A program made the translations under genes and the position numbers. DNA of 64,000 nt, from positions 11,036,001 through 11,100,000 of the forward strand of contig JAQFVV010000005.1 in the NCBI GenBank assembly GCA_028023455.1. The letters run 5' to 3'. Numbering within the stretch: the stretch's first letter is position 1; each line of letters starts with the position of its first letter. Below, piece by piece: positions 51,801 to 64,000 of the stretch. Origin of the DNA: Epiperipatus broadwayi (taxonomy: Eukaryota; Animalia; Onychophora). The notes under the pieces were generated by a model. The model did not search any database. It had not been told where the DNA came from and worked only from the letters and a program-made list of their open reading frames with translations.

Positions 51801-54800
51801 TCAAAGCTTGTTAAGAGCTTATTTTGCAAGCTCTATATATAATATTTTAACTAATATATTTACAATACAATTTATTATTGTTAATAAAATATTTATTTCT
51901 TATGACTATATAAATATACAAATTTCTATAGTAATGTAAACTTGTACTTTTATGTACTCTCATAAAATAATTATACAGCAACTGTATTTAATAAAAGCAA
52001 TAAAATAATTTACATTTGTCCAAGCAAAAACTAGTCCATAGCAAGTGTGATATTAAATGAAATCAATCTGTAACAAATGAAATGCAGATGTGAGGCCAAA
52101 TGCAAATTCATAACAAATAAAATTCCAAAAAGTAATCAGTGTATTGCTACAATTGTATTAAATAAAAATGATAAAATTTTTAATTTATATTTTATCAAGC
52201 AAAAAGTAATCAATGAAATTGAAACCTATCAATAATTTCATTTGTGGAAAGTGTATCTAATACCATTCAAGAATGCACCAAAGAAATCTCAATTAATGGT
52301 TTGTCTAGAAATTTTTCATAATCTGTACATTTTATTTCTTATAGGATAGTTTTTTTATTTTGCCAATATATTATGTAGCTGTATTTAATGGTAAATCATA
52401 TGATAAAACAGCACTGATATTTCACACTAATTACAACAACTTATTTTTAAACTTAGTTCAGACAGGATGAATCATTTGTTTATAACAAAAAAAGTTCAGT
52501 CATCAGCACTTACTATAATTGATTGTTTTTTTCCCAGTCAATCACAATTCAAGATAATGCTGAAGTTTCTGAGTAGTGTGATTATAGATAGAATGATTAC
52601 TTGAGACGATCAGGAAGGAAAAATATCTCATAGCTTCTGTTGTGAATAGTAGCAATGACCACAACTTCACATTTCAGATAAGATGATTGCTATCCTAAAA
52701 ATATATGCAGAGTAACAATAATATATATTTTTTTTCAAATGTTTGTTTACAATTGTGTAAATGTTGTCATTATAATAGCAATAAAATATATATTCAAAGT
52801 TTTAAAATATTTAAAAAGTTATTTTGATATAAATTTCATAAAGAACACTTTATTAGAAAACATACGAATATATTTTTATATAGCATAAAGTTTATTTTGC
52901 TATAAATACAGACACACACAGAAGACATACTACATATCTGCATATATAAAAATGTATAGTAGTTAGGATTATCTATTCATAACATGGATATTAAATCACG
53001 GTATTGTGAAGTGAAAATTTTTTCAAATAGACTTAAGATTTTTCTCTCTGGAAATTAACCCACAGTTAACCCAGCTGGCTATCAAAATATTAGTTTCTAG
53101 CTAATATAGCTAAAAATTTAAAGACCCAGATTATTAAGGTTTACTCCGATGAGTATTGATACAGTGGCAGTAAAAATTAAAAATATCAATGCAATATGGT
53201 TGAAAGCAATGTAATTCCATGAACATTTAATCTAAATTTATCTTTTTCTCATTACATGCTGGCATGTTGCAGGATAGTATCTGATTTATGATCGGGAGAT
53301 TCCAGGATCAATTCTCTGAGCAATAAAGCCATATGTCTTTTACATATACATAACCATTAGAAACCAGTCTTAATATATTGTCTTAATATTAATATAAACA
53401 AATGCAAACATAATATTTTATAAAACACTTCTAACAATAGCTGATAGTTTCAACTATCCAACAATCTCTGCCATAGCTCTTTCCATTATTTAAAAAGAAC
53501 ATTTTATTATTCTGGTTAACTTTTTATCAGACATATACATTAATGTATATAATTGTAGAAATAAAACTTATTAAAATATTTTGTAACTTTTTATTATTTT
53601 TACACTTGAAACAATTTCTTGAAAAACATTATAAACGACAAATATAAGCATGTACTTTTCCATTTATAATCAATATTGTTATTAAACTTAAAAATAGACA
53701 TTCTATTTACAATCAATAATCGGACAGAACTGTATATTAACTTGTTGAAAAATTTTCAAGTTCTCACCAGATTTAAATCTCAATCATGAGTATTTCAGGC
53801 AGATGCATTAAGCTCTACACTAAAGTCCTTAATACACAAAGGTTTACCTATTAATACCTACTCAAGACAGTAAATATATATACTACAAATACTGCTGTTT
53901 CAAATAGGTATTTCTATGCTAGTACATTTTGTACGTGAATCTATAAACTGTATATATTGTAATGAGATGAGAATAATCATCCCCGTTATCATTGGGAATG
54001 TATTGTATGATATAGTTATAGACAACTTTAGAATTAAGATTAAAATCATAAACTATACGTATAGATTAGAAATCACTTCCTTAGTTACCCTCATTAAAAT
54101 ATTAATGTATTATATTGTAGTCTTAGTTATATTCAAAGCAAAGACACAGTGTAAGAACATTTTTGTCCTTAATTAAAACATTCTAATTTGTACCAATTTA
54201 GATAATACTGCTTTTGAGAATTTCAATACTGGTAAAACGAATTATTTCAAAGTTAGGCTATTTGAATCTATTTTATGTTTTGTGTTTGTTTAAAAAAAGA
54301 AGGTTATGAATCTTTTTGTAAAAAAAAATAAAATCAATCTTTAGTTATAAAAACCATAATACAATTGTAATGATATTATTGTAATTTGTAAAATGATAAT
54401 AAATTTTAATGGTAATTAAACCAAAGTACTGTATATAAAATTTGTGCTAGCAACTGGTAATTATTAAATTTTAAAGAATGCAGTTTAATTCTATGTTGCA
54501 AGGATGTGATATAAAAAAAAAAATGTAGACAGTTAAGAAACATAAATAACAAAATGCTAGCAGCATGAATTTAAAAAGGATATTTTTTTAATATTAGAAG
54601 CTGAAATTAACATCAACATGATAAATATAAAACCTGTATTGTTGTTTAGTTAATCTTATAACATGGAATAAATTATAATTACTGTCCAAGCACTCAGGTC
54701 AATGAGTCTCCAGAAAAAGAAACAGTAATTAAAAGACTTGCGCCATGCCATTTTGAAGTGCGTTAATATTTTCTATCAAATATCCTGCTATTGCCAAAGA

Positions 54801-55559
54801 ATTAATGTCTTAGTATCTGGAATTAAAAAATGTGTACAAAATATCTGTGCTACTATTGTAAGGAATACTAATAGATCTCTAATAATAATATATATATATT
54901 TGTCTAATGATATATGATAAGTATCTTAAGGAATGCTATCTTTCCAAGTAATTAAATTATTTTGCTATTTAATTTCCAATTATTTTATTCTATTGTGACT
55001 TATGGCAGTTGTAGTTATAGTTGTTGGAATTTAGTAAAAGTATCAATTTTGAAACCTATTTTCTCATGGGAGACACTTAGTGCTTTGTTTGTACAATGCT
55101 ACATGTGCATAATCTAGTTAAAACATTACTAAGTTCTATTGGTCGGGTAAGCTTATGTTTTTATCATAAAATTCATAGTGCTAAAATGAACAAAGAACTC
55201 ATGTTTTCATAATTTATATAATTAAGTATTATATAATTCATGGAGTATTATTGTACTTAAGATTTATTTATACCTTGGTTATAATGGGATGCAAATTTAT
55301 TTTATTACTATTATTTTAGTACCAGTAACAACATAATAGATCGTTGTATATCTGAAGAAGAGAATAATATTCTAAATGTGTTAAATAGTAACCTGTGTGT
55401 TTTTACAAATAAAGATTTAAAATTTTTCTAAACATATTCAGTTCTTAATATTAGATAATGAAAACAGTTCAACAAATAATTAATATTAAAATGTCATCCT
55501 CACAAACTTTCAGACAAACATATTTGTGTAAATGATCTTTTTCTTTTTTATAGATAATT

Positions 55560-57050
55560 ATAATGATGACAGGCAAAGCTAACTCACCAATCAAGAATGC
55601 AATTAGGGATCTGAATTCAGAGAAAAGACTCAGGCTGGCATTTGATGACTTGTTTTTTATTTAGCTACTTACAATTGTAGATAATTTTTAAGTGAAAGAA
55701 GATTACATAAAGTGCAATTAAAACTATCTAATATTAAATGGAAATGTTATTAGGCTTTATTAAGTTAGAAGAAAAGACGAAAAGTCAATTTATTTGAAAA
55801 GTAAACATATACTTCATTACGAATGCATTAGTATTGGAAGCGAAGCATAATGATATTTATTATAAAGAAAAAATGGAATAACATCATTACGGACAATGCT
55901 TAGGCAAATTAATAAAAAATAGAAAATGTAAAAAATTCAAAGTTTATGTCTCAAAAAAGTTCTCAATGTAATGAAGTTTTATTTGGATGTACAAAGTGCT
56001 TTTGATCAAACAACACTTTAAAAATGTCATGGATACTTTAATGATAGAATTGATAAACAATAAAAACATGAAAGTTTCTTGGGTAAATTGACAAAATTGA
56101 GAGAAGGCATAGACTTGTGGAGTTTTCAAAAAAGAAAATTGTAAATTATGAATACTTTCTTTGAGAAAAATGCTAAATGTAAGTGAACAACATCTAAATG
56201 GAGACACAGAAAAATTTGATTATATTTTGATTAACAGAAAATATGTATTTCAGAATTGTAATATTCTTAATAAATTTAACTCAGGAACTAATCATCGATT
56301 AGTAGCATGTGTGGCATGTTAATACAAAGTTAAAAAAATGAAAACTATTAAGAACAATAGTATTAATAATTGATATCCTTAATCTTTAGAAATGTTCCAA
56401 TGAACTCAAATTAAAATTTATAAATTGTTTTAAAATATTAATAGAATTTGAAAATAATTCAGACTTGATTGAAATTAACAAAACAACTAATACACTATTA
56501 AGAACTGTCAGAAATATAGATAATATAAAAAAATAGCATTTTATTACTAAATTTTCTATTGAAGCAAACAATCCCCGGGGGGGGGGGGGGGGGGGGGGGG
56601 GGAAAAAAAAAAAAAAAGAAAAAGGGGGTATGAAGAAAAAAATACAAAATTTTTTAAAAGTAATCCATTAAAAATTGATTATCTAGAGTTTTATAAAATA
56701 CTATGAAAAACAATTAATATTGATATATGAAATTATAATTGTGAATTGAGAAGAAAAGCTATAGAAGAGAATAAAAGTGTAAAACAGCATCTTGGTATCG
56801 GTATCATCACTAAATGATTTCACAGACTGAAATGGAACTAGTTTGGACATTTTGTTATAAAAAATAGTAATAAATGATAGCTGACGTCTTAAATTGAATT
56901 CCAAGAGATTGTAAAAAATGTCCAAAGTAACCACATGGAAGATGGATGAATAATATAAGAAATCTGCTTGGGATATGGAGAAATGAGGCTATGGATTCGA
57001 GAAATCTAATTAAATTTGAAGAGACTTTCATCCTGCAGAGATCAATAATT
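55560..57050 (+). mobile_element. Internally deleted, decayed RTE-clade LINE (APE fragment and 3' end)
   Basis: IMNTFFEK, FDYILINRK...NSGTNHRLV (APE end). Later KWN*FGHF and an IPRD..K-like segment typical of RTE ORF C-termini. Confidence 0.6.
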
Positions 57051-58605
57051 GTTGAAAATGTTACTGATAATATATAATAAAATCATATACTGTAATTAAC
57101 TATAATTTTGAATACAAAAACCAATAAAAGATATAGTGAACTTATAGCTTGACTGCCACCCTGAATTGCATTTAACAGAATTTTAAAAAAATCAAAATTT
57201 CCATATCACCTAGTATTAACATTCTTATTTGAATAGCCAGCCTTCCATATTGTATAGTTACACAATTTTATATGCCTTTGATTTTTCTTTTTCTCAAATC
57301 ATTTTCCACTTGCAAAATAAAAACCATATCAAAGCAAAAACTTCTATTACAAATAACTGAATGTTTAGCAAACCCAAGTTTAAATAGAATAGTCTATGTT
57401 CATGAATTCTCTTTTCTAATGCACATTTCAACTCAGCAATATAACTAGATCTACACTAATGCATAACTTTCTCAACATTTTTTCCATTAATAATTAACCT
57501 ACCAGTATTTGATATTGCACTGCACTATTCATATAGCAAAGACATTTTAAATATGTTATACAGATTTCCGCATAAAAAGAAAACAAAAAATATCGAAGAG
57601 AGGAAATGGATTTTATTACTACATGTATTCTTTGACTACACGATTTGTTTTTTTATTATTTTAATGTGATATTTAATGTAGCACAAAATACTGATTAGTT
57701 GATTGTTAATAAAAAGGATGCTGACAAAAAAAAATGGTGTCTCAATGTGGGTGAAAACATGCACTAAAAAAGAGAATACATTAATTTGAAATACTGTATA
57801 AAAAATTATATCATTTTGTGAATAAATGTAAATCTGTGTTTGCAGAACATTTAATTTTTAATGGAAGTTTTTGCTTCGACAATTTTTTTTTGCATGTGGC
57901 AAATGATGTATAAATATACAGAAATTATGGAAGATTGCCCCATTTCTGTGTAAATGTTAGTATCATGTGCTAAAAAATGAATGATTTTTTATATTCTAAC
58001 CATGTAAGCAATAGCTTTTATTTATTTATTGATATATTAAAAATTGTAGACATTTTGTATGATATTATATGTATATATGTTACATTTAATTACTTTATTG
58101 GTTATTGCAGCTTTCAAATTTTTTCATTAATTTTAAGTTTTAACATTAACAATGCTACTAAGTTTTCATTTTTTATTCCCAAATGCTTTAAATATATGCC
58201 ATGTTATTCATTTGTGTACTTATTAAATACTAGCTGCTGACTTCTTTTTTTGACAATCACCAGAAAAAGATATGTTTGTAAACAATTTCAACTAAATAAG
58301 GCGCCAGACTACTAATGTTATTACATTTGACCAAAAAATTTTTTTGGATAAGAAGTATATATATAATAAAGAAAATCATACATCATTACAATAATAACCA
58401 AAAGAATTAAAATTTTATTAAAACTCTTCCATGACTATGGTTTCATCTATTAACAAATGGACCTTTTCAAGTAAAATTCAACAAGATACATACAATGTAC
58501 ATATACAAAACCAGAGAGTATTCCTTGTCATTCACTTCAAAAACCAACTTCCATTCACATCAAAGAATGTCTTTAAGAGGTTGGTGGCCTTAGAGTCAAG
58601 AAAAT

Positions 58606-58840
58606 TTATCGAGTTTCTTTCATACTTCCTTTTAATTCACTTCTTTCATAAAAGATAACCTCTGCATTTTCAAATAATATTTTATGACCTGTATTCAGTT
58701 CATAAATATACAAATTCAATTATGAATATTTTTAATTCTACTCTCATGAACTTTAACTCTTTCATTAAGACTTGGTTTACATTGACCTATATAGATTTTG
58801 ACAGGGCTGCAAAGATTCTTGTAAATTACACCAGAAATAG
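58606..58840 (-). pseudogene. Second Penelope-like GIY-YIG endonuclease fragment
   Basis: Minus strand, with frameshifts: SGVIYK / SCSPVKIYIGQCKPSLNERVKVHE / YELNTGHKILFENAEVIFYERSELKGSMKETR*. Confidence 0.7.
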
Positions 58841-59931
58841 ATTTCTTATCAACTAACTGTTTTGAACTATATAATACAAATTGAAAGACTATATGATGTA
58901 ATAATTAATGCAACTGCTTCCAATTATCACAACTTCAGTTTTGAATCAGGATGTATTTTTTTAGGAATTTGAGGATTTCTAAATGAGTTTAAAATTTGAG
59001 ATAACCAAAACAGGCTTCAATTAACGAATGGTAAATATGTTTTTTTTTTGGATAATCATGACTATAAGATAAAGCAATAAAAGAAAACCAACAAATAATT
59101 GAATGGCCTAATAGTGTTTTCTCACTTGCTGCTCCTCAGTAAGGAACTCCCAAGAACTTTATGCCCAGCATTGGATTATCTAAATATTGAGAATACTTGT
59201 AATTTTCACTTCAAAAAGTAAAACAAGTTAAAAAAAAAAAAAATTCAAACTAGATGTCAATATGTTAGAGAATTCAATTTATGATAGTTGTAGATGAAAA
59301 TTGTAAAATAATGCTATAAAACTAATCTATTTAATAAAAACCTTAAGAAATCTGAATGCAAACAATCATAAGTTGTTGTTTTTTTTATGGATAACAAATA
59401 CATTAATACCTGATGCTAAAAAAAATTGTTTGTTTGATTTCATAAAATTTTCATTTCACTAATAATACTTCTGATCTATATTTTTATTTATTAGTGTTTT
59501 TAGAATATATAAGTTTTAAAAAAATATCATTAGTATATTAAAATAATGTGTAGATATAAAAGATCATTCCATATGTATTATCCTAAGAACTATTTTTTAT
59601 TATTAAGTTTCATAAGTATACATTTCTAGAACTTTTATACTGGTGGATAAATTGTAATGTAAATCTGAAATCTGTTTAGTTATCTATATTTCTACCGTGC
59701 AACAATTAATTATTACATATGTATATATAATCAATTATGTAATTAGCATAACAAAAAATGAATTTATTATAAATTTGTAATCTACATGTGTTAGTAATTT
59801 TTAATTTTTGTAAACACCTAAACAATATTACTATATAAAATAATGTTAATTTGGAGATGGCACTGCAAGCAGCTTGGAGAAAACAAGCTGCATTTTCATT
59901 AGAACATACACTGTATTCATGAATGTACTTA

Positions 59932-60036
59932 TTTTTTTTCTTCTCATGTGTCATAGCATCAGCCGGAAAGTGAACCTGCTATCCTGGGACAACTGCTTGT
60001 AAAGCAGCTATCGCTGATCTCTTGACCACCAATGCT
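59932..60036 (-). mobile_element. tRNA-Gly-derived SINE copy
   Basis: Minus strand GCATTGGTGGTCAAGAGATCAGCGATAGCTGCTTTACAAGCAGTTG...GGTTCACTTTCC...TGACACATGAG(A)n. Absent from the paralog at about 6435. Confidence 0.75.
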
Positions 60037-60809
60037 CAAGGGCTGTAAAAGGCAAAACAGTAATAATTGTAAATTTCATAAAATAAATAACACCTTTCTT
60101 ACTGACACATATATACTAATGGTGAAGTTTGTAAATAATAATAAAAAAGGACCTATATATATATTTATTAATTATAAATAGCATCGCTATTAAAAATTGT
60201 TTTTCAACTTTAAATTTAATTTGATTTATGGTTAACAATGTTGAGGGCTTGGCACAGTTGAAAGTTCCCTTGAAACTAGTCCTTTGAGCCTGATATGGTT
60301 AGTTTATAATTGAAAGATTTACCATTACATATATAACTTGTTTTCATAAGGTAATAGAGTACTTAAATGGATCATCATAATATCCATATACACATACAAT
60401 CGCACATCTCCTTACACTTAAGATATAAAACACTTTGAAATAATCCGGTAATTATGTTCTACAGATATATACATTATAGCAAGTTGATGCACTCAGTTTC
60501 ACATCAGATTGGTCTGCTAGTGGTAGATGTTTTTTAATGATAAGTAAAACACAGCATGCCAAATAATATTTTTGCATTTGTATGTTATGTTTGGAGTCAC
60601 ATACAAAAGTTGATGAAAAAAGAGAAATATTTGAAATAATAAATAAAAAAACAGCTGGCTAAACATAACAAGTAAAAATACAATTTACAAAAATTAAAAC
60701 AATATTTCGGACATATTATTTTGACTCAGAAATTACTTTTGAAGGGAAAATTAGGAATAAGTAGGTATTTTAAAAAAAAGTGGGGAAGAGAGCAGATAAT
60801 GTAATTAAA

Positions 60810-61655
60810 ATCCAAAGGTACTTTAGTATTTTTCATGCTATGGTATATTACCCCGAACGCCTTTTCTGCCAGTAAGATTTTATCAGATTACATTAACGCT
60901 GTCGTAGCACCGAAGACACCGGCATGACTAATCCATGGAAACGATTACGATATTCACGTGGTGACCCGTGAGATTTAAAATGCACATGACCTATGGGAAT
61001 TTTGTGATTATGTGTAATTGAAAATATTCCTATTTTTTATACAGAAATATTGGTATTATGTAATTATTAAAGAAAAACACTCTTTTAGGCAATTTATATT
61101 TAGAAATTTCCCACGAACGAGAAACATGACGCCTTTCGATGTCATTTGTAAAGAAATTATACGTACTTTTACAAAAAAAAATTATCCGGATAATTTTTAA
61201 ATTGTAAAATACCTTTAATCAGGTTTTTTTTTACGTGGCCATTTTATTTCATTAACATGTCGCACTTTATGATAGACTCGCAGTATACAGACAAGAGTTG
61301 TTGTTTTTTTTTGTCATAATCATGACCGAAATTCATATTTGTTACTTTTTATAGAGAAATATTTGGGTAATTATTATAAAAGAAAAACACTCTTTTAGGC
61401 AATTTTTATTTAGAATTTCTTTTTTTTTCTCTCAGGAACGAGTAACATGACACCTACTGATGCCTGTACTACAAATGCTCTGACGTAATTGATCCGGGGA
61501 CGTAATACTTTTACTGCTATGACGTCTTACCTCGAACACGTGTTACTATAGTCTTCTGATCTCCACGTGCAACTTTATCGATTAAGTTTGTCCGTAAATC
61601 ACTTGGAGACATTATATTAAAGATCTAAAGACTAGAGTAATACGTCTTCGGCATA
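60810..61655. mobile_element. Unclassified about 850-bp insertion with internal about 110-bp direct repeats
   Basis: Absent from the paralog at about 7130. AAAGAAAAACACTCTTTTAGGCAATTT...AACGAG(A/T)AACATGAC occurs at about 61070 and about 61380. CpG-richer than the flanks; termini unresolved. Confidence 0.5.
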
Positions 61656-62282
61656 ATACATCACATTTACTGGTTATGTTTCATATACATATAAAATATT
61701 ACAGCATTTATTCGCTCCCCTCTTTCGCAGTATTAAGGTAATTATTAGTCTTTGATATAGCCGATATTAGTTAGTATGGGCTACGGATGTTTTCTTCTGG
61801 GACTGAGTTTAATTATTACAATAGCTTACAATTTTCATTGCTTTAGGTCTTTCTGTCTACTTATCAATATGAATTACGAGCGATCATAAACAATCACATA
61901 AAGTGCATCGTAATAAACATGACAACAAAATAAGATGCTTTCAAAATTTCCACTAATTCTAAATTCAGTATGTTTCTTACCCTTTTCATAACATTAAATG
62001 ATATCTCTCTTCCATCGATAAAACTTGCTGGCGAATATTATCCTCTTTTATGTTTTAATTGTATCCAATATAGAGATGTAATTATTTCCGCTTCCAAAAA
62101 TCCTTTAATCAAGCAATTTTTACTTCTATTTTATAATTTGAAATATAATTGTTTTCATTTGAAGCGCAACCTAACGGAAATGCATAGAAATTAGTATTAT
62201 TTCTTAAGTTAAAAAAAAGAATTAAAATTTTTAAAGAAATAAATGCAACAAATAATAAAAAGTTTGCAATTTATGATAAACG

Positions 62283-62349
62283 TAGCTGCCTTCCAAGCAG
62301 CTGGCCCGGGTTCGCATCCCGGTCAAAAATTTGACATATGAAAAAAAAA
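62283..62349 (+). mobile_element. 5'-truncated tRNA-Gly(TCC)-derived SINE copy
   Basis: TAGCTGCCTTCCAAGCAGCTGGCCCGGGTTCGCATCCCGG matches the anticodon and T arms of eukaryotic tRNA-Gly(TCC), then TTTGACATATG(A)n. Absent from the paralog at about 7783. Confidence 0.75.
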
Positions 62350-62548
62350 TTTTTTTTGCTGCTGGATGAACTATATTTAGTTTGCTATTATTATATATAA
62401 TGGGTAATTCGAGATAAATATAGTGTAATTAAGATAGAAAACAATAACTTTCCTCATTTTCGAAGTGCTAACGTTATTACTAAACATAGAATGCGACATT
62501 TGCGTAAAATGAACGTTATCAAACAATGCTAATCGGTAGTGTTGCATT

Positions 62549-63345
62549 GATGTGATGCACTGTGACTTCTTATAAGGAGTCAGGAATCTCTCAGCAACTA
62601 TGCCCAGAGAAACCTGTTAGCCACTTTGAACCCCTTTCCATTCCCCGCCCCAAGTTTTCCCATATTCTTTTCTACCCTGCTTCATCCCATTTCCACAATA
62701 TAATATTTGTCAACTCCATGGTCTTTAGATCTAAACCCCCCTTATCATTTTCCAAACCCAGCATAAAAACCAATAAACCATTTTCACTTTGTTCATATTT
62801 ATTCTTTCCACAAATTCATTATTCGTATCCTTTCAGCTTTCAGGCATTTACATTCAATTAACAGATGCCTAATATTTTCTATGCCTTCCTTACACAGCTT
62901 GCAGCCTAAATCACCCATATTTCTCCATTTACGTGTATATTCCCTTGTTAGTAAAGATCCCACTCAAGCCTTAAACAGTAAACTACTTTCCTTGCTATTA
63001 TCATAAATTAACTCATACCCAATATTCTGTTTACTTCTACAAATATTTAAACTCTTTTTACTCTCCAACTCCCTATTCTTTATTAATGCATCTATTCTAT
63101 CACATTCCTTACCACTATAATACTCAACAATTCTAACACAATCATCCCACCTTTTGTACAAGTATATTGACATAAATTCTTTATCCAAATCTGCACATCG
63201 CATTACCTTCCTCACCCATCTTATTACCTGCCCTTTATTCATAACCCAATTAAATACAATTTTGGCTATTCTTTTATTATCCATAAACTGCAATCTACTG
63301 AACATTTTCATTTTGCTTTTTGCATCCCTCATATGAAAACTTGAT
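62549..63345 (-). mobile_element. 5'-truncated copy of the 46.5-50.9 kb LINE (3' 800 bp)
   Basis: ORF 62964-63332 (KMKMFSRLQFMDNKRIAKIVFNW...) and the 3' UTR/tail match about 50090-50897. Absent from the paralog at about 7985. Confidence 0.88.
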
Positions 63346-64000
63346 CATCACAATAGCAAACCATATAGCAGCGCCATCAAGTGCAAGCCTTCACAATCAA
63401 TAATAGCCTAATGAGCATGCAGTGACATATATAATTTTCTAAATTGTATGAATAATAGGAAAATTTTCCTCATCTTTAACTCTCTGATAAAGGGCTGGAT
63501 CTCATATTAAAACAGAGCAACTTTTTTAAACAATTCTATTTTTTATTTTTTAAAAAGTAATTATTTCTCTTAATAACATCTGTAACTTAATTTCTTTTCC
63601 AAATTTTTTCTTCATATTGTGTAGTCATATCTAAGCTGCTTATCTATTTCTAAGATTTTATTCAATTCTTCTTATTTGCCTTCATAATTTCTTAATTCCA
63701 CTAATCCCCTATTCTTTGTATCTCTATATTGCTGATTTTATCTTTCAGCTTATTTTACCATCTTTCAAAAGTACATGTTTAAAATATCTTCTTTTTTTTT
63801 AATTTTCAGCCCTTATTGCATTAGAAAACTTCTAACAAGTAGAACAATGTTCTACTTTTATTAAAACTTGTCTCTCCATTGAAATTTTCACTTTGGTTTT
63901 TTCTCTTATAAGTTAACCCAATTCTTTTAATAGTTCCAAAATATTCTATATCTCCCTGTATAATGCTTACTGTTAATATTTTCTATTGTCTACTGGGTTT

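Larger units (their letters stand above)
51042..51839. mobile_element. Family B hammerhead retrozyme-like array (about 377-nt unit; 1.6 tandem units plus an inverted arm; about 15-bp TSD)
   Basis: Period 377 (51121 to 51498), inversion at about 51652. TSD TAATATTTT(T)AACTAA at 51026-51041 and 51840-51854. Confidence 0.85.
59540..64000. repeat. Segmental duplication Y, copy 2 (runs off the window end)
   Basis: Colinear with 6050-8530 apart from insertions at 59932-60036, about 60810-61655, 62283-62349 and about 62549-63407. Confidence 0.9.

Noticed and set aside
52480-53900. Possible ABC-transporter exon remnants on the minus strand (VVIATIHNRSYEIFFLPDRL; SLMHLPEILMIE)
   Set aside because: Only short motif resemblance, with stops nearby and no Walker A or LSGGQ signature found. 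Needs blastx before any call.
56575-56630. CCCC-G24-A14 run (also G run at about 47450)
   Set aside because: Simple homopolymers, possibly sequencing or assembly artefacts; no supporting structure.
62283-62325. Functional tRNA-Gly gene
   Set aside because: Lacks the acceptor 5' strand and D arm, ends in a SINE tail with poly(A), and is absent from the paralogous site.
1-64000. CRISPR arrays, rRNA genes, prokaryotic operons
   Set aside because: No short regularly spaced repeats with unique spacers and no rRNA similarity; content is eukaryotic.

Overview
Very AT-rich eukaryotic DNA, probably an invertebrate animal (the taxon cannot be fixed from sequence), dominated by decayed retroelements and local segmental duplications. 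The only clearly intact protein-coding ORF is an 11-finger C2H2 zinc-finger gene (29694-30818, minus); a decayed zinc-finger array lies at about 35.4-36.1 kb. The main result is a non-coding retroelement system. Two related families of short tandem units (family A about 445-456 nt at four loci; family B about 377 nt at one locus) each carry a minimal type I hammerhead ribozyme and look like non-LTR retrozymes. Every locus is built as inverted arms with both ribozyme-sense 3' ends facing outward. Four of the five loci have 10-15 bp target-site duplications and nearly fixed end positions, with a roughly 50-60 nt tail at one end only. Two decayed Penelope-like (GIY-YIG) fragments lie in the same window, and one has the same inverted-arm geometry, which points to PLE machinery as the likely mobiliser. 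Also present: a 4.4 kb PHD+SGNH-esterase LINE relic plus a second 3' copy, RTE, I-clade and CR1/L2-like LINE fragments, three probable solo LTRs, a roughly 100 nt tRNA-Gly(TCC)-derived SINE family, and three segmental duplications that give empty-versus-filled insertion sites. All alignments and folds were done by eye.
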